A stretch of DNA of 54,349 nt from Candidatus Iainarchaeum sp. (GTDB lineage: Archaea > Iainarchaeota > Iainarchaeia > Iainarchaeales > DTGL01), in contig JAFCFP010000002.1 of the NCBI GenBank assembly GCA_017608575.1, forward strand, positions 1 to 54,349. The letters run 5' to 3'. Shown piece by piece: positions 1 through 10,093 of the stretch. The notes under the pieces were generated by a model. It did no database searches. It had not been told where the DNA came from and worked only from the letters and a program-made list of their open reading frames with translations. The first letter of the stretch is position 1. Each line of letters begins with the position of its first letter. Made by a program: the position numbers and the translations under genes.

Positions 1-5
1 CTATT

Positions 6-809
6 GTGCCAATTCACAGAAGCCAGGGCGTGTACCGCCTTGAATGGAATGGAAGAACACTTGCCATAACAGCTGAAGAACCCGAAACCCATAAGGATTT
101 GATTAAAGCGATTCCAAAAAAAGTCATTGCGGGTTCGCAAGGAAACACAATAATGCTGAAAACAAACCGTTCACTAAACGGCCTTAAAAAAGCACTTGCA
201 ATGCTTATAGCCAACGGCAAGGCCATAAAAGCTGGAAGGTACATTGCTGAATTTGAAGTAAAACAACCGCTTTTAAACGGCCGCAGATGGATTCTGAGAA
301 CAGTGAATGCTCCCATTCAAGGAAAGAGAAAAACAATTGCCACTTTTACTTGGTGCACTGAACGCGGAAGAAAACTAACATATGAATCCCATTCTGAAAC
401 AATGGCAACTGAAGTGCTTTTAAGGAAGCTTTACAGGAATATTTATCCAAGAGCTCCACCAAGAAAAATTGAAAGATTAGTGGCTGAAACAAAAAGAGAA
501 TTTGAAGGACAGTCAAACTTGATTTCAAAAATAACAGACGCCCACCTGAAAGCTGATGGCCAAAAATATCTCCCGCACTTGCCAGAAAAACAACTCATAG
601 CAAAACTGTTTTTTGTTGACTTTTCAGGCGAATTGAATCCAAAAACTGGCAGAATTGAACCAGTGCTAATTGAAGCGCACCCCCAGGCAAGCTATTATCG
701 ATTGAGAGAAATTGACAAAGAAGCATTTATTAAAGTTAAAATTGCTGAAGAAAATGCATTGCTCCAACATAGTGCACTCGAGGAATGGAGAAAAAAAGCC
801 GGTTTATAG
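6..809 (+). CDS. hypothetical protein, possibly 5'-truncated by the window edge
   Basis: 267-aa ORF from the track. First possible start is GTG at 6, but the frame is open to position 3. No motif recognised. The 3' end overlaps the convergent nfo-like gene by 6 nt. Confidence 0.4.
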   Translation: MPIHRSQGVYRLEWNGRTLAITAEEPETHKDLIKAIPKKVIAGSQGNTIMLKTNRSLNGLKKALAMLIANGKAIKAGRYIAEFEVKQPLLNGRRWILRTVNAPIQGKRKTIATFTWCTERGRKLTYESHSETMATEVLLRKLYRNIYPRAPPRKIERLVAETKREFEGQSNLISKITDAHLKADGQKYLPHLPEKQLIAKLFFVDFSGELNPKTGRIEPVLIEAHPQASYYRLREIDKEAFIKVKIAEENALLQHSALEEWRKKAGL

Positions 810-1646
810 CCTTGAAAACGCTTTTTTCAACAGCAATGCATCGCTTTCAATGTTAGGGCTCTCGCTTATTATTATGCCAGAGCAATTGAATTCCTTAAAA
901 GCACGGAGCAATTCTACATAATTAAAGTCTGATTCTTTGAGGTTGAGATGATTGCGTTCACCTTTTTCCGAATAAGCAATGCCTGAAACATGGCAGTGCA
1001 TTTCGTTTAATGCCTTTTTGCCAAGCTTTTTTTCAATTAATTCAAGCACTGAACAGAATTCTTCAAATGAATTCATTTTTCCAATGGAACGCGCATGTAA
1101 ATGCGAAAAATCAATGCAGGGCAGCACTTGTTCCAGTTCACTGCTTAATTCAACCAATTCCTCAAGTGAACCGAATTGTGATTTTTTTCCAGTTGTTTCA
1201 GGTCTGATCCAAATATTGTTTTTTTCAGAGCGAAGTATTGAAACAATTTCTTTGAGTGATTCTTTAACTGTTTCATAGACTTTTTTTTGCTCTATTTTTT
1301 GATAGAATGCTGCGTGAAAGCAAACAGAAAAAGCACCACACTGCCATGCCCTGCGAGCAGCTTCAAGGATGCGTTCTTTGCTGGCTTTGCGTTTTTTTTC
1401 TTCAAGTGAATTAAGGTTAATAAAATAAGAGGCATGGCTTGTTAAGACAACATTGTTTTTTGCAGCAGCCTCTCTTACTTTTGGAGCAAGTTCTCTGCTT
1501 ACATTTACATTCCTAACAAACTCGAGCTCCATTGCATCCAAGCCCAATTCCCTTACTTTACTTATACCATTAAGTGTGTTGCTTGGTTGAGTGGACAAAG
1601 GGATTCCTGCAGTTCCAAACCTCAAATTATTGAATTTCATTTTCAA
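804..1646 (-). CDS. nfo: endonuclease IV-like AP endonuclease (xylose-isomerase-like TIM barrel)
   Basis: 280-aa ORF. RFGTAGIP near the N-terminus, then TSHASYFINL, CFHAAF, RPETTG, IDFSHLHA, HCHVSG and IIISES. These are spaced like the His/Asp/Glu metal-ligand blocks of the endonuclease IV family. Confidence 0.7.
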   Translation of the reverse strand: MKMKFNNLRFGTAGIPLSTQPSNTLNGISKVRELGLDAMELEFVRNVNVSRELAPKVREAAAKNNVVLTSHASYFINLNSLEEKKRKASKERILEAARRAWQCGAFSVCFHAAFYQKIEQKKVYETVKESLKEIVSILRSEKNNIWIRPETTGKKSQFGSLEELVELSSELEQVLPCIDFSHLHARSIGKMNSFEEFCSVLELIEKKLGKKALNEMHCHVSGIAYSEKGERNHLNLKESDFNYVELLRAFKEFNCSGIIISESPNIESDALLLKKAFSRL

Positions 1647-1826
1647 CCAGCTATGAAATGTATTCTTTTCATTGGAATCTTCATTCTTTTGGTGCTAAAA
1701 ATCAAGTAATTTGTTTTTCTGTTCTCTTTTATGCGTTTAACACTCAACACTTTGCATTTAAACTGCTTCAATTTAACGCCCCTTACTGTTTTAAAAAATA
1801 TTAAAAGACAAACTCCTGGAATGTTT

Positions 1827-2093
1827 TTATTTTGCCTTTGGCTTCTTTATCAAGCGGTATCTTACACTTTTTCCAACCCTGACAACTTTGTAGCATTTTC
1901 CGCCGACTTCAAATCTTTCCCCAACCCTCAACGTGTTGAGAAAAGCTCTTGCCTTTGGTGTTAGCCCTGAAAGCGGTAGATATTTGATTGCACTTTTGGG
2001 TTTTTTATGCAGCGAGGTTTTTGACGTAATTCTTTCGCCCTTGTGCCTTTTCTTTCTATGACGGCAAATAGCGCTTCTTTTATGAAGACCCAT
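1827..2093 (-). CDS. hypothetical small basic protein
   Basis: 88-aa ORF with a K/R-rich N-terminal half and a C-terminal GERFEVGGKCYKVVRVGK segment. No family recognised. It is the only long ORF in this gap. Confidence 0.35.
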   Translation of the reverse strand: MGLHKRSAICRHRKKRHKGERITSKTSLHKKPKSAIKYLPLSGLTPKARAFLNTLRVGERFEVGGKCYKVVRVGKSVRYRLIKKPKAK

Positions 2094-2178
2094 TTAAATC
2101 ATTAAAAATAACACAACATTCTTTTTAATTATTTTGATTTTAAATAATGCGGCTTGGTTTAAATGCGGGGGGGTTTAA

Positions 2179-2961
2179 TTGGTTGATAGTTTTGTTTTAG
2201 CTGCAGTAATGTTTTCACTCTTTATTCCAATAATAATTATTTTGTTTTTTCTTTTCTTGGCTTCAATAAGAATTTTGAAGGAGTGGGAACGCGGGGTTGT
2301 TCTAACGCTTGGAAAGTTTTCAGGAGTGAGAAACCCCGGATTGAATTTTATTATTCCAATAATCCAAAAAATGATTCATGTTGACATGCGAATTTTAACA
2401 GCAGACATTCCAAGGCAAGAAGTAATAACAAAGGACAACATTCCTGTTCTTGTGAACACTGTTGTTTACTTCAAAGTAATGGATGCAGCAAAAGCCGTAA
2501 TAAAAATAAAAGATTACGCTTATGCAGTAAAACAATACACTCAGGGCGCTTTAAGGGATGTTATTGGAAACCACGAACTTGACTTTGTTTTGCAGGAAAG
2601 GGAAAAAATAAGCAACAACATTAAAAACATTGTAGACGCAGAAACAGATGAATGGGGAATTGACATAACCTCAATTAAAATACAGGAAATAGAGCTGCCA
2701 GCGGAAATGAAACGCGCAATGGCAAAACAAGCAGAGTCAGAGCGTGAAAGGCGTGGAAGAATAATTGTTTCAAAAGGTGAACTCGCAGCATCAGAAAACC
2801 TCAGAAAGGCAGCTGAAAACCTTTCAAAATCAAAAGGCGCTTTGCACCTGCGAACCCTACAAACAATCAGGGAAATAGCCGCAGATCCATCGGAGAAAAT
2901 AATAATTTTGATTCCCGGTGAAATAGAAAACATTGCAAAAAAAATCATTCCAAAAAAATAA
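2179..2961 (+). CDS. SPFH/band 7 (stomatin-prohibitin) family membrane protein
   Basis: N-terminal TM segment, then ILKEWERGVVLTLGKF, NPGLNFIIP, ITKDNIPV, and the EMKRAMAKQAESERERR coiled segment typical of stomatin-like proteins. TTG start after a G-rich run; alternative ATG at 2209. Confidence 0.85.
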   Translation: MVDSFVLAAVMFSLFIPIIIILFFLFLASIRILKEWERGVVLTLGKFSGVRNPGLNFIIPIIQKMIHVDMRILTADIPRQEVITKDNIPVLVNTVVYFKVMDAAKAVIKIKDYAYAVKQYTQGALRDVIGNHELDFVLQEREKISNNIKNIVDAETDEWGIDITSIKIQEIELPAEMKRAMAKQAESERERRGRIIVSKGELAASENLRKAAENLSKSKGALHLRTLQTIREIAADPSEKIIILIPGEIENIAKKIIPKK

Positions 2962-2972
2962 GGGGACAGTTA

Positions 2973-3782
2973 ATGGAGGAAATAGAAAAACAATTGCTTA
3001 AAGACCTCGAAGCGTACAGTAGACAGATTGATGCAGAATTGCAACAGTTTTCCCCACCAAACACCCAAAAAGGAAAATTTAATGCAGCAAATGCCCCTAA
3101 AAGAAAAATGGATAGGAGACTCAAACACGGAAGCCTTTATTTGCAAATAGCGTTCAATTATGACCTTAACATGGTTAACAGAATTCTTCCACGGATTCCA
3201 AAAAACGAAAGAATTCTTATTGAAGCAGGCACACCGTTCATTAAACGTTATGGCGCGAATGGCATTAAAAGGATTGCTGCTCTGTGGCCAGGAAAAATTG
3301 TTGCAGACATTAAAACAGTTGATGGTGCAGTCGCAGAAGTGGACGAATGCTTTCATGCTGGGGCAACAGCTGCAACAGTTATAGGGAATGCTTCCACTGA
3401 AACAATTGACTTGTTCATTGAAAAATGCAATGAACTCGGCATGGATTCAATGATTGACATGCTTAATGTTGAAAGACCGCTTCGCGTATTGCTTCCACTG
3501 AAAAGAAAGCCTGATGTAGTGGTAATTCACAAGGGGCGCGATGAAGAAACAACAGCCGGCAAGGTTATTAAGTACAAGCACATTAATAAAATTCGCAGCA
3601 AGTACGATGTGTTCATTTCAGTTGCAGGGGGTGTTGACTTAAAAGAGGCACGCAGTGCAATATTTAACGGCGCGGAAATCGTGGTGGCAAACATTGTAAG
3701 GCCAAGCGATCCCTGGACTGGAATTAGCAGTGAAGAAAAAGTTGAAGAAATGGCAATGAAATTTTTGGCAACAATTGGGTGA
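2973..3782 (+). CDS. 3-hexulose-6-phosphate synthase-like / OMP-decarboxylase-family barrel protein
   Basis: Blocks LYLQIAFNYD, IEAGTPFIKRYG, IVADIKTVDG, AGATAATV, DMLNV and ISVAGGV occur in the order expected for the HUMPS/OMPdecase ribulose-phosphate-binding barrel. The protein carries a roughly 50-aa N-terminal extension. Confidence 0.6.
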   Translation: MEEIEKQLLKDLEAYSRQIDAELQQFSPPNTQKGKFNAANAPKRKMDRRLKHGSLYLQIAFNYDLNMVNRILPRIPKNERILIEAGTPFIKRYGANGIKRIAALWPGKIVADIKTVDGAVAEVDECFHAGATAATVIGNASTETIDLFIEKCNELGMDSMIDMLNVERPLRVLLPLKRKPDVVVIHKGRDEETTAGKVIKYKHINKIRSKYDVFISVAGGVDLKEARSAIFNGAEIVVANIVRPSDPWTGISSEEKVEEMAMKFLATIG

Positions 3783-3786
3783 AAAA

Positions 3787-4749
3787 ATGGAAAAAGCCAA
3801 GAAAAAAAGGATTAGCTGGGTTTTTTGGAGCATTTTTTTAGTTGTGGGCGTACTCTTGTTTTTGTTTTACTTAAAACCATTGGAAATAATAATTCCGTGG
3901 GGAAAACTAGGCATTGTTTTTTGGGCTCTGGCGGTTATTTTTGGAGCAATGATTGTTTCAAAAATTTTTTCCGTGCTTTTAATGAGCCGACTTAAAGAAT
4001 TAGCAAAATCAAGCCACATAAAACTTGACATTACTCGTTTCAGAATATTTGAACACTTGGTAAGCCTGGCAATTTATTCACTTGCATTCATTTACATTGT
4101 TTATTCAGTGCCAGAATTAAGAGCTCTGAGCATTTCAATTTTGGCAGGAGTTGGTTTTGCAGCAATCATTGTTGGATTTGCAGCAAAAGAAGTTCTTTCA
4201 AATCTTTTAAGTGGAATATTCATTGCAGTGTTCCAGCCCTTGCGCGTTGGAGACAGGATTCGATTCGAGGGAGAATACGGCACGGTTGAAGACATTACCC
4301 TAAGGCACACCGTCATAAAAACTTGGAAAAACATAAGGCTCGTAGTGCCAAATTCGGTAATAAACAAGGCAACAATTACCAATTATTCCATTGTGGATGA
4401 AAAATGCCTTGAAACAATTGATATGCCAATAAGCTATGATTCCAGCATAGACAAGGCAAAAAAAATAATGATTGAAGAAGCAAAAAAACACAAGGATTTT
4501 TTCAACCCGCATTCAAAAGGAGAACTTGTATCAAAAAAAGAACCAATCAAAGTGCGTGTTACAGGGCTTGGGGATTACTTTGTCAATTTAAGGCTTTATT
4601 TTTGGGCAAAAAACAAGCCCACTGCTTTTCGCATGAGCTGTGATTTAAGGGAAAGCATTAAAAAGCGCTTTGACAGGGAAGGAATTGAAATTCCATTCCC
4701 TTACAGAACAATTGTTTATAAAAGAGAACTGAAAAAGAAAAAAAATTAA
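3787..4749 (+). CDS. mscS: small-conductance mechanosensitive channel (MscS family)
   Basis: N-terminal TM helices followed by LLSGIFIAVFQPLRVGDRIRFEGEYGTVEDITLRHTVIKTWKNIRLVVPNS, the MscS pore-helix/beta-domain signature. ATG 3787 follows a GGGTGA SD; the track start at 3775 is a TTG. Confidence 0.85.
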   Translation: MEKAKKKRISWVFWSIFLVVGVLLFLFYLKPLEIIIPWGKLGIVFWALAVIFGAMIVSKIFSVLLMSRLKELAKSSHIKLDITRFRIFEHLVSLAIYSLAFIYIVYSVPELRALSISILAGVGFAAIIVGFAAKEVLSNLLSGIFIAVFQPLRVGDRIRFEGEYGTVEDITLRHTVIKTWKNIRLVVPNSVINKATITNYSIVDEKCLETIDMPISYDSSIDKAKKIMIEEAKKHKDFFNPHSKGELVSKKEPIKVRVTGLGDYFVNLRLYFWAKNKPTAFRMSCDLRESIKKRFDREGIEIPFPYRTIVYKRELKKKKN

Positions 4750-5513
4750 GCGTTTTCATTTGTGCACGATTGAGGCAGGCTAATGAATATTTCTCCAAAA
4801 AATGATTCCTGCCATAGCGAAATGCGTCCTTTTTTTCCAAGGAAAAGCAATGGCACAAAAGTGTCGACTATGCCAAGCGGCGAATGGTCTATTATGAGAG
4901 CAGAGAAAAGCACCAAACCCTGTGAATCCGCGAGTTCAAGAATGCGTGAGTAAACCTCTTCTATTTTTTCACTAATGTCTTTTTCACTAAACACTGGAAT
5001 GCGAAAAACCGGTTTTTCATTGGCTTTAAGGCGCTGGCCTGCTGGTTTTTGTTTTGTTTTTTCAATCACTGCCTCAATTGCTGTCAATAATTCATTCAAT
5101 GTAACAGTGGATTCGCGCATTTTTGTCAATGGCGTTAGCTCTGGCAGCATTTCGTTCATTTTCTTTATTTCTTCCTCTGAAAGCTCTTGTTCTTTTTTTT
5201 CAAGGAAAGGAAAACGAATCGTTTTTGATTTCATTTTTAAAAGAATAGCGCATGCAAGTATTGCGTTTGCCGGAATCCGCAGGCTTAATTCCTGCATTTG
5301 CTGGATTTTTTTAAGATATTCTTGTGAAAGCTTCACCAAATCAATTGCCCATAAATCCATTTTTTCTTTTTTAACCAATTCAAGCAAAATAACCTTCCAT
5401 TCAGGTTGTTCAATCAAGTCAACGAGGTCCAGCTCGTTGCATTTTTGTTGCAATTGATTGCTTGGCTTTAAAGCAGTTTGTTGCGGTTTTGCTTCTACTT
5501 TCAAAGAAGGCAT
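4746..5513 (-). CDS. scpA: segregation and condensation protein A (kleisin)
   Basis: 255-aa ORF. The segment LDLVDLIEQPEWKVILLELVKKEKMDLWAIDLVKLSQEYL...IPANAILACAILLKMKS matches the ScpA N-terminal winged-helix pattern. Confidence 0.75.
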   Translation of the reverse strand: MPSLKVEAKPQQTALKPSNQLQQKCNELDLVDLIEQPEWKVILLELVKKEKMDLWAIDLVKLSQEYLKKIQQMQELSLRIPANAILACAILLKMKSKTIRFPFLEKKEQELSEEEIKKMNEMLPELTPLTKMRESTVTLNELLTAIEAVIEKTKQKPAGQRLKANEKPVFRIPVFSEKDISEKIEEVYSRILELADSQGLVLFSALIIDHSPLGIVDTFVPLLFLGKKGRISLWQESFFGEIFISLPQSCTNENA

Positions 5514-5653
5514 GGAAAAACACCTAAATTTAAAAACTGTTTTATATTAATACTACTGTTCTTAAATAGGGCTCAGCCACTATTTAAGGCTTTTTATTGA
5601 ATTTTAATGGAAAAAATTAATAAGGGAATAAGTCAAATAATATAGGTGATTAC

Positions 5654-6367
5654 ATGGAAAGGGTTAAAACCGGGATTGAAGGACTGGATGAATTGATTGA
5701 AGGGGGAATTCCACAGGGTTCCTCAGTACTCATTTCAGGAGGAAGCGGTACTGGAAAAACAATTCTTGCAACGCAGTATATTTATAACGGCGGCAAAATG
5801 TATGAAGAGCCAGGAATCTATGTAAGCCTTGAAACCAATCTTAAAAACATTATCTGGAACATGCAGAACTTCAATTGGGATATAAGAGAATTGCAGGAAA
5901 AAAACTTAATGAAAACATACAGGTTGAACTTAGGGCACATCACAAGCGATGAAAACGTTGCAGAAAAAGTGGACGAAGAATTAAATGTAATATCTCAAAT
6001 GGTAAAAGAAATGGGAGCAAAACGCTTGGTGATTGACTCTGTTACAGCTTTTGGCATTTGGTTTGCAAACCGCGGGCTTGTGAGGAATATGTTGTTTCAG
6101 TTCACCGATAAACTAAAAAACCTAAACTGCACAACCCTGCTTTTAACAGAAACAGGTGGTGGAAGACGCGAGTTCAGTGCATTTGGCGTTGAAGAATTCG
6201 TAGCAGACGGCGTAATAACGCTTTATTTCACTCCACCGCATAGAAGCATTTTTGTCAAAAAAATGCGTGGAACAAACCATTCAAAAATAATCCACCCATT
6301 CCAAATAACAGACAAAGGCATTGTAATCAATGCATCAGACCGCGTTTTATGGGAATCAATCAAATGA
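5654..6367 (+). CDS. KaiC/RadA-like RecA-superfamily ATPase (single domain)
   Basis: RVKTGIEGLDELIEGGIPQGSSVLISGGSGTGKT (Walker A), YVSLE, and RLVIDSV (Walker B). Length of 237 aa is typical of archaeal KaiC-like ATPases. Confidence 0.8.
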   Translation: MERVKTGIEGLDELIEGGIPQGSSVLISGGSGTGKTILATQYIYNGGKMYEEPGIYVSLETNLKNIIWNMQNFNWDIRELQEKNLMKTYRLNLGHITSDENVAEKVDEELNVISQMVKEMGAKRLVIDSVTAFGIWFANRGLVRNMLFQFTDKLKNLNCTTLLLTETGGGRREFSAFGVEEFVADGVITLYFTPPHRSIFVKKMRGTNHSKIIHPFQITDKGIVINASDRVLWESIK

Positions 6368-6372
6368 TTCCC

Positions 6373-7011
6373 CTACTTTTTCTTTCTTCTTTTCATTTTC
6401 AGCGAATCGACTGCTTTTCTAGCCAAATTCTTTCGCTTGAATTTGCCATTTTTCCTGTCAAAACGATAACCGGGCATTGCAATGTGCTTGAGTTTGATTC
6501 CGCTTTCATTCAATGCATCGAAATATGCTTTTATCAAGCGCCTGTTCTTAGTAAGGGGTGGAACCACAAAACCGCTTCCACCTTTATGAAAAGTATATAT
6601 TATAAATGGTCTGGAAGAAAGGCGTTTGGCAAGTTCCTTTCGCACTTCTTGTACTTCTTTTCCTTTTTTAATTTCTAAAAAAGTATAACCCAATACTTCA
6701 CCTGAACGGTTCACTGAAACAATTATATCTATTTTTCTCTTGCCAGGACTGGCTTCAACTCTCTTAAGAAAACTGAAAACATCTGTCTTGCTTGGAATTG
6801 CTCCCCCGCGTTTTTTAATGGGAAAATTTGGAGGATGAGTGTGGATGGAAAAAGTAAATTTCTTTGAGCGCTCAAAAGATTCTTCATCACCAACAGAAGT
6901 CATAGAACGCTTGCTTTCGTCTACAAGTGGAATTAGTTCCCTGCCAACGTCTTTACCCCACCCCATCTCATGACTGAATATTCTTGGCCATTCCTCTATT
7001 TGTTGCCTCAC
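6373..7011 (-). CDS. hypothetical protein with JAB/MPN-like H-x-H...S-x-x-D motif and a basic C-terminal tail
   Basis: 212-aa ORF with a GTG start. FSIHTHPPNFPIKKRGGAIPSKTD resembles the JAMM/RadC-type HxHP...PSxxD metal site, with a longer spacer. The C-terminus is K/R-rich. Confidence 0.45.
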   Translation of the reverse strand: MRQQIEEWPRIFSHEMGWGKDVGRELIPLVDESKRSMTSVGDEESFERSKKFTFSIHTHPPNFPIKKRGGAIPSKTDVFSFLKRVEASPGKRKIDIIVSVNRSGEVLGYTFLEIKKGKEVQEVRKELAKRLSSRPFIIYTFHKGGSGFVVPPLTKNRRLIKAYFDALNESGIKLKHIAMPGYRFDRKNGKFKRKNLARKAVDSLKMKRRKKK

Positions 7012-7238
7012 GGTTTTCCTTTCAGAAACAACAGTTTTTTGCCAGTAGCCTTGTTTATTCGAGTTCGCTTTACGTTGGAATAACTTCTTTGCTGCTTTGT
7101 TTTTGGTTGAATTTTTTTCCTACGCAACAACAATAACCACTACCCAAAATATCATGTTTAAATTCCTATTTAATCTTTTGGCAGTGGAAAATATCAAAAA
7201 TGAGCAAGAAAAACAAGAAATAATAAGAATGGAAAAAA

Positions 7239-8486
7239 TCAGGTTCCTTCCTTCCAGCTGCTTAAGTATTTTTTTTGCTCGTCTGTTAAAGAATCTATTT
7301 CAATACCCATTGCTTTTAATTGCAGTTCAGCAATATGCCTATCAATTTCTTTTGGCAGCACGTGAACGCCTGGTTTTAAAGCATTCTTAATGCCGTACTC
7401 CAACGCTAAAGCCTGTCCGCAAAAACTCAAGCTCATTACTTCACTTGGATGTCCTTCTGCTGCTGCAAGGTTGACAAGCCTGCCTTCAGCGCACAAGTAA
7501 ACCTTTTTGCCGCTTGCAAGAGTGAATTCGTCAAGGTTTGGTCTAATGTTCTGCTTTGCTTTTGCTTCTTTTTCAAGCGTAGCAACATCTATTTCCAGGT
7601 CAAAATGTCCAGCATTGGCAATAATGGCGCCATTTTTCATTTTATTAATGTGCTCCATTCTAATAACATGCTTGTTGCCTGTTACAGTCAAAAAAATATC
7701 TCCTATTTCTGCGGCTTTTGAAATAGGCATTACCCTAAAGCCATCCATTCTTGCCTGTAATGCTCTTAACGAATCAACCTCTGTAACAATTACGTTCGCG
7801 CTAAGCCCTTTAGCGCGTTGAGCTGAACCTTTTCCACAATCACCATAACCACAAACAACAAAGTTTTTGCCAGCAATAAGCGTGTTCGTTGAACGCAAAA
7901 TGCCATCCATTGAAGACTGACCAGTGCCATAATAATTGTCAAACAAGTGCTTTGTGTCATTGTCGTTAACTGCAATTACTGGGTACTTTAACGCAGAGTC
8001 TTTTTCCATTGCCCTCAAGCGAATTACGCCGGTTGTTGTTTCCTCTGTTCCAACCTTAATTTCCGGAATCAACTCAGCGTGGTTTCTGTGAATTTCAGTG
8101 ACCAAATCACAGCCGTCATCAATTGTTGCGTTTGGCTTGAAATCAATTACTTTGTTTAAGTTTTCATAGTACTCTTCCCTGCTTTCACCACGCCAGGCAA
8201 AAACATGAAAGCCCTCTTTGGCTAGTGCCGCAGCAACATCATCCTGTGTTGACAGTGGATTGCAACCGGTTATTGCAATCTCTGCACCGCCTGCTTTTAG
8301 TGTCCTTAAAAGGTTTGCTGTTTCCTTTGTTACATGCAAAGCCATTCCAACCCTAACGCCTTTCAGGGGTTTTTCTTTTTCAAATCGCTTTTTTACTTCC
8401 ATTAATGCCAGCATTTGCTGTTCAGCGTAATCAATTTTTTTCTTTCCCTGTTCCCACAAGTTTATGTCTTTTACATCAAAATCCAT
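7239..8486 (-). CDS. ahcY: S-adenosyl-L-homocysteine hydrolase
   Basis: The track ORF is 505 aa, but family-like sequence starts at [14 protein letters not shown] (ATG at 8486, preceded by an AAAGGTGAT SD). It has [14 protein letters not shown], the NAD site GYGDCGKG, and HFDLEID. Confidence 0.93.
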   Translation of the reverse strand: MDFDVKDINLWEQGKKKIDYAEQQMLALMEVKKRFEKEKPLKGVRVGMALHVTKETANLLRTLKAGGAEIAITGCNPLSTQDDVAAALAKEGFHVFAWRGESREEYYENLNKVIDFKPNATIDDGCDLVTEIHRNHAELIPEIKVGTEETTTGVIRLRAMEKDSALKYPVIAVNDNDTKHLFDNYYGTGQSSMDGILRSTNTLIAGKNFVVCGYGDCGKGSAQRAKGLSANVIVTEVDSLRALQARMDGFRVMPISKAAEIGDIFLTVTGNKHVIRMEHINKMKNGAIIANAGHFDLEIDVATLEKEAKAKQNIRPNLDEFTLASGKKVYLCAEGRLVNLAAAEGHPSEVMSLSFCGQALALEYGIKNALKPGVHVLPKEIDRHIAELQLKAMGIEIDSLTDEQKKYLSSWKEGT

Positions 8487-8598
8487 TAAATCACCTTTAA
8501 AAAACAAAAAAACACAATTTAGTGCCAGTTCAAAGATTGTAAAGCAAAAGGAATTAAAGGCTTTTCTGTGTGCTAGCTGTCCTTTGCCATCAAATAAC

Positions 8599-9585
8599 TC
8601 ATAGCATTTCAGCATAGCCTTTGGCAAGTTGCAGGTATTTATTTGTTTCTTTTTTTGCTGCTTCATTTGCGTCCTGCAATAAGCGCAAGGCATTGACTTT
8701 TGCACGAACATTTGCCCTGTAAAGTTTATGCCAAGGCAACAGTCTTTCAAGTACAAAATCAGCGCTGTGTTCTACATAACTCTTTGTGAATTCTTTGGAA
8801 AGCCCTTGTTCACCGAAGGAATCAAAATCCATTGCCATGAAGCCAACATCTGACGCTGTGTCCGTATTGCGAAAATCTTCACTGAATTCAATGCAGTCAA
8901 ATATCACTGGCTTTTCTAGCAAGAAAATGTTTCCAGAATGCAGGTCTCCATGGCATTCCCGAATGAATCCATTGCGTTGTCTTTCTTTTAAAAGTACTGC
9001 ATTTTCATCAATAAAGGAATTGGATTTTTCAATTATAAAATCAACAACTTTTCCTGCACCGAGCTCGCGTTCAATTGCCTTTCGCACCGTCAAAATGTCA
9101 TTGAATTGCTCTTTGAGTTGCCTTGGTGAAGAAAAACGCGTGTCGGAGATTTTTTTAATTCTGGAATGAAATTCCGCCAAAATGACAGCAAGCTCTTTCA
9201 CTGATTTTTTTCCAACCTTGCCCTGTTCAAGCAAAAGAGACATTTTTTTTTCTTCAGGCAAGCGTTTCATTTTGACTGCATATTCCACTGCATCGCCTTT
9301 TCCCTCAAACTGCAATCCATTGGGCGTGCGGGTTATTGGAACAACGCCAATGTAAACCTCTGCGCACAAACGAGAATTAAGCCTTACTTCTTCTTCACAA
9401 TAAAATTTTCTTTTTTCAAGCGTTGAAAAATCCAAAAAGGAAAACTTCACTGGCTTTTTTACCTTGAAAACAGTGTTTTCCCCCAAAAAAACCCATGAAA
9501 TGTGGGTTTCTTTCACTTGGATTTTTTTCACTGGAAAGGGAAATGCTTCCGGCAAGGCAAGCAATTGTTTTAATTCATTATTCAA
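8599..9585 (-). CDS. aminoglycoside-phosphotransferase/choline-kinase-fold kinase, substrate unknown
   Basis: 328-aa ORF. Catalytic loop [12 protein letters not shown], then VIFDCIEF (the DxE/DFG equivalent). The 5' end overlaps the upstream P-loop kinase gene by 8 nt. Confidence 0.7.
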   Translation of the reverse strand: MNNELKQLLALPEAFPFPVKKIQVKETHISWVFLGENTVFKVKKPVKFSFLDFSTLEKRKFYCEEEVRLNSRLCAEVYIGVVPITRTPNGLQFEGKGDAVEYAVKMKRLPEEKKMSLLLEQGKVGKKSVKELAVILAEFHSRIKKISDTRFSSPRQLKEQFNDILTVRKAIERELGAGKVVDFIIEKSNSFIDENAVLLKERQRNGFIRECHGDLHSGNIFLLEKPVIFDCIEFSEDFRNTDTASDVGFMAMDFDSFGEQGLSKEFTKSYVEHSADFVLERLLPWHKLYRANVRAKVNALRLLQDANEAAKKETNKYLQLAKGYAEML

Positions 9586-10093
9586 TAAGACCTCTCCTTT
9601 TCAAATAAAAATGCACCTTTTCCACTTGTTTTCTGAGTGGAATCGTTGAATCAATTTCGAGGTGTTCTTTTTTCATTGGCTGGAATTCCTTTTTTATTTT
9701 CTTGAAAACAGCGAATGTTGCCTCGCTCGGATTCGTTTTTTCTTTTTTGCGCTCTAAAATCCGCTTTTTAGCTTCTTTGTCGGAGACAATCAATTGAACA
9801 AAAACGCATTCATCTGCATACTTTTTTGCAAGCATTGAGGCTTTTTTTCTTAATGCACTTTTGTAGAATGTTCCATCTAACACAACACAGTTTCCTTTTC
9901 TTAACTCCTCTGCAGCAATTGAAAAAATGTTATCGTATACTGCTTTTTTTTCTTTTTGGGTGTATTTTGGTTTTTTTATGAATTGTTTTCTTAAAACATC
10001 AGTGTTTAAATGCCTGCACTCAAATTGCTTGGACAATTCCTCTGCCAAAAAAGTTTTACCGCTTGCCGGTAACCCGAAAACAACAATAATCAT
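9578..10093 (-). CDS. P-loop kinase-like ATPase (AAA_33/gluconate-kinase-like)
   Basis: MIIVVFGLPASGKTF Walker A, VVLDGTF Walker-B-like block, 171 aa. ATGA overlap with the adk stop. Confidence 0.7.
   Translation of the reverse strand: MIIVVFGLPASGKTFLAEELSKQFECRHLNTDVLRKQFIKKPKYTQKEKKAVYDNIFSIAAEELRKGNCVVLDGTFYKSALRKKASMLAKKYADECVFVQLIVSDKEAKKRILERKKEKTNPSEATFAVFKKIKKEFQPMKKEHLEIDSTIPLRKQVEKVHFYLKRRGLIE

Noticed and set aside
4708-4715. ACAATTGT as a window-wide regulatory motif (also at about 33632 inside prs)
   Set aside because: These copies are inside coding sequence. With this AT-rich composition, roughly two chance hits are expected per 54 kb, so only the intergenic phased or extended palindromes were reported.
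7449-7821. Plus-strand ORFs of 90 and 104 aa inside ahcY. Similar antisense or off-frame ORFs lie inside por, thiM, thiC, pyrG, eno, lhr and others (e.g. 14546-15025, 27467-27973, 48613-49035, 2541-2948).
   Set aside because: They lie fully within strongly supported genes on the other strand or frame. They have low-complexity or Cys/Phe-rich composition typical of shadow ORFs in AT-rich DNA, and they have no SD.
8487-8756. 90-codon N-terminal extension of the ahcY ORF in the track (505 aa)
   Set aside because: The extension ([12 protein letters not shown]...) has no SAH-hydrolase similarity and would overlap the upstream kinase gene. The family-like sequence starts at ATG 8486, which has a good SD.
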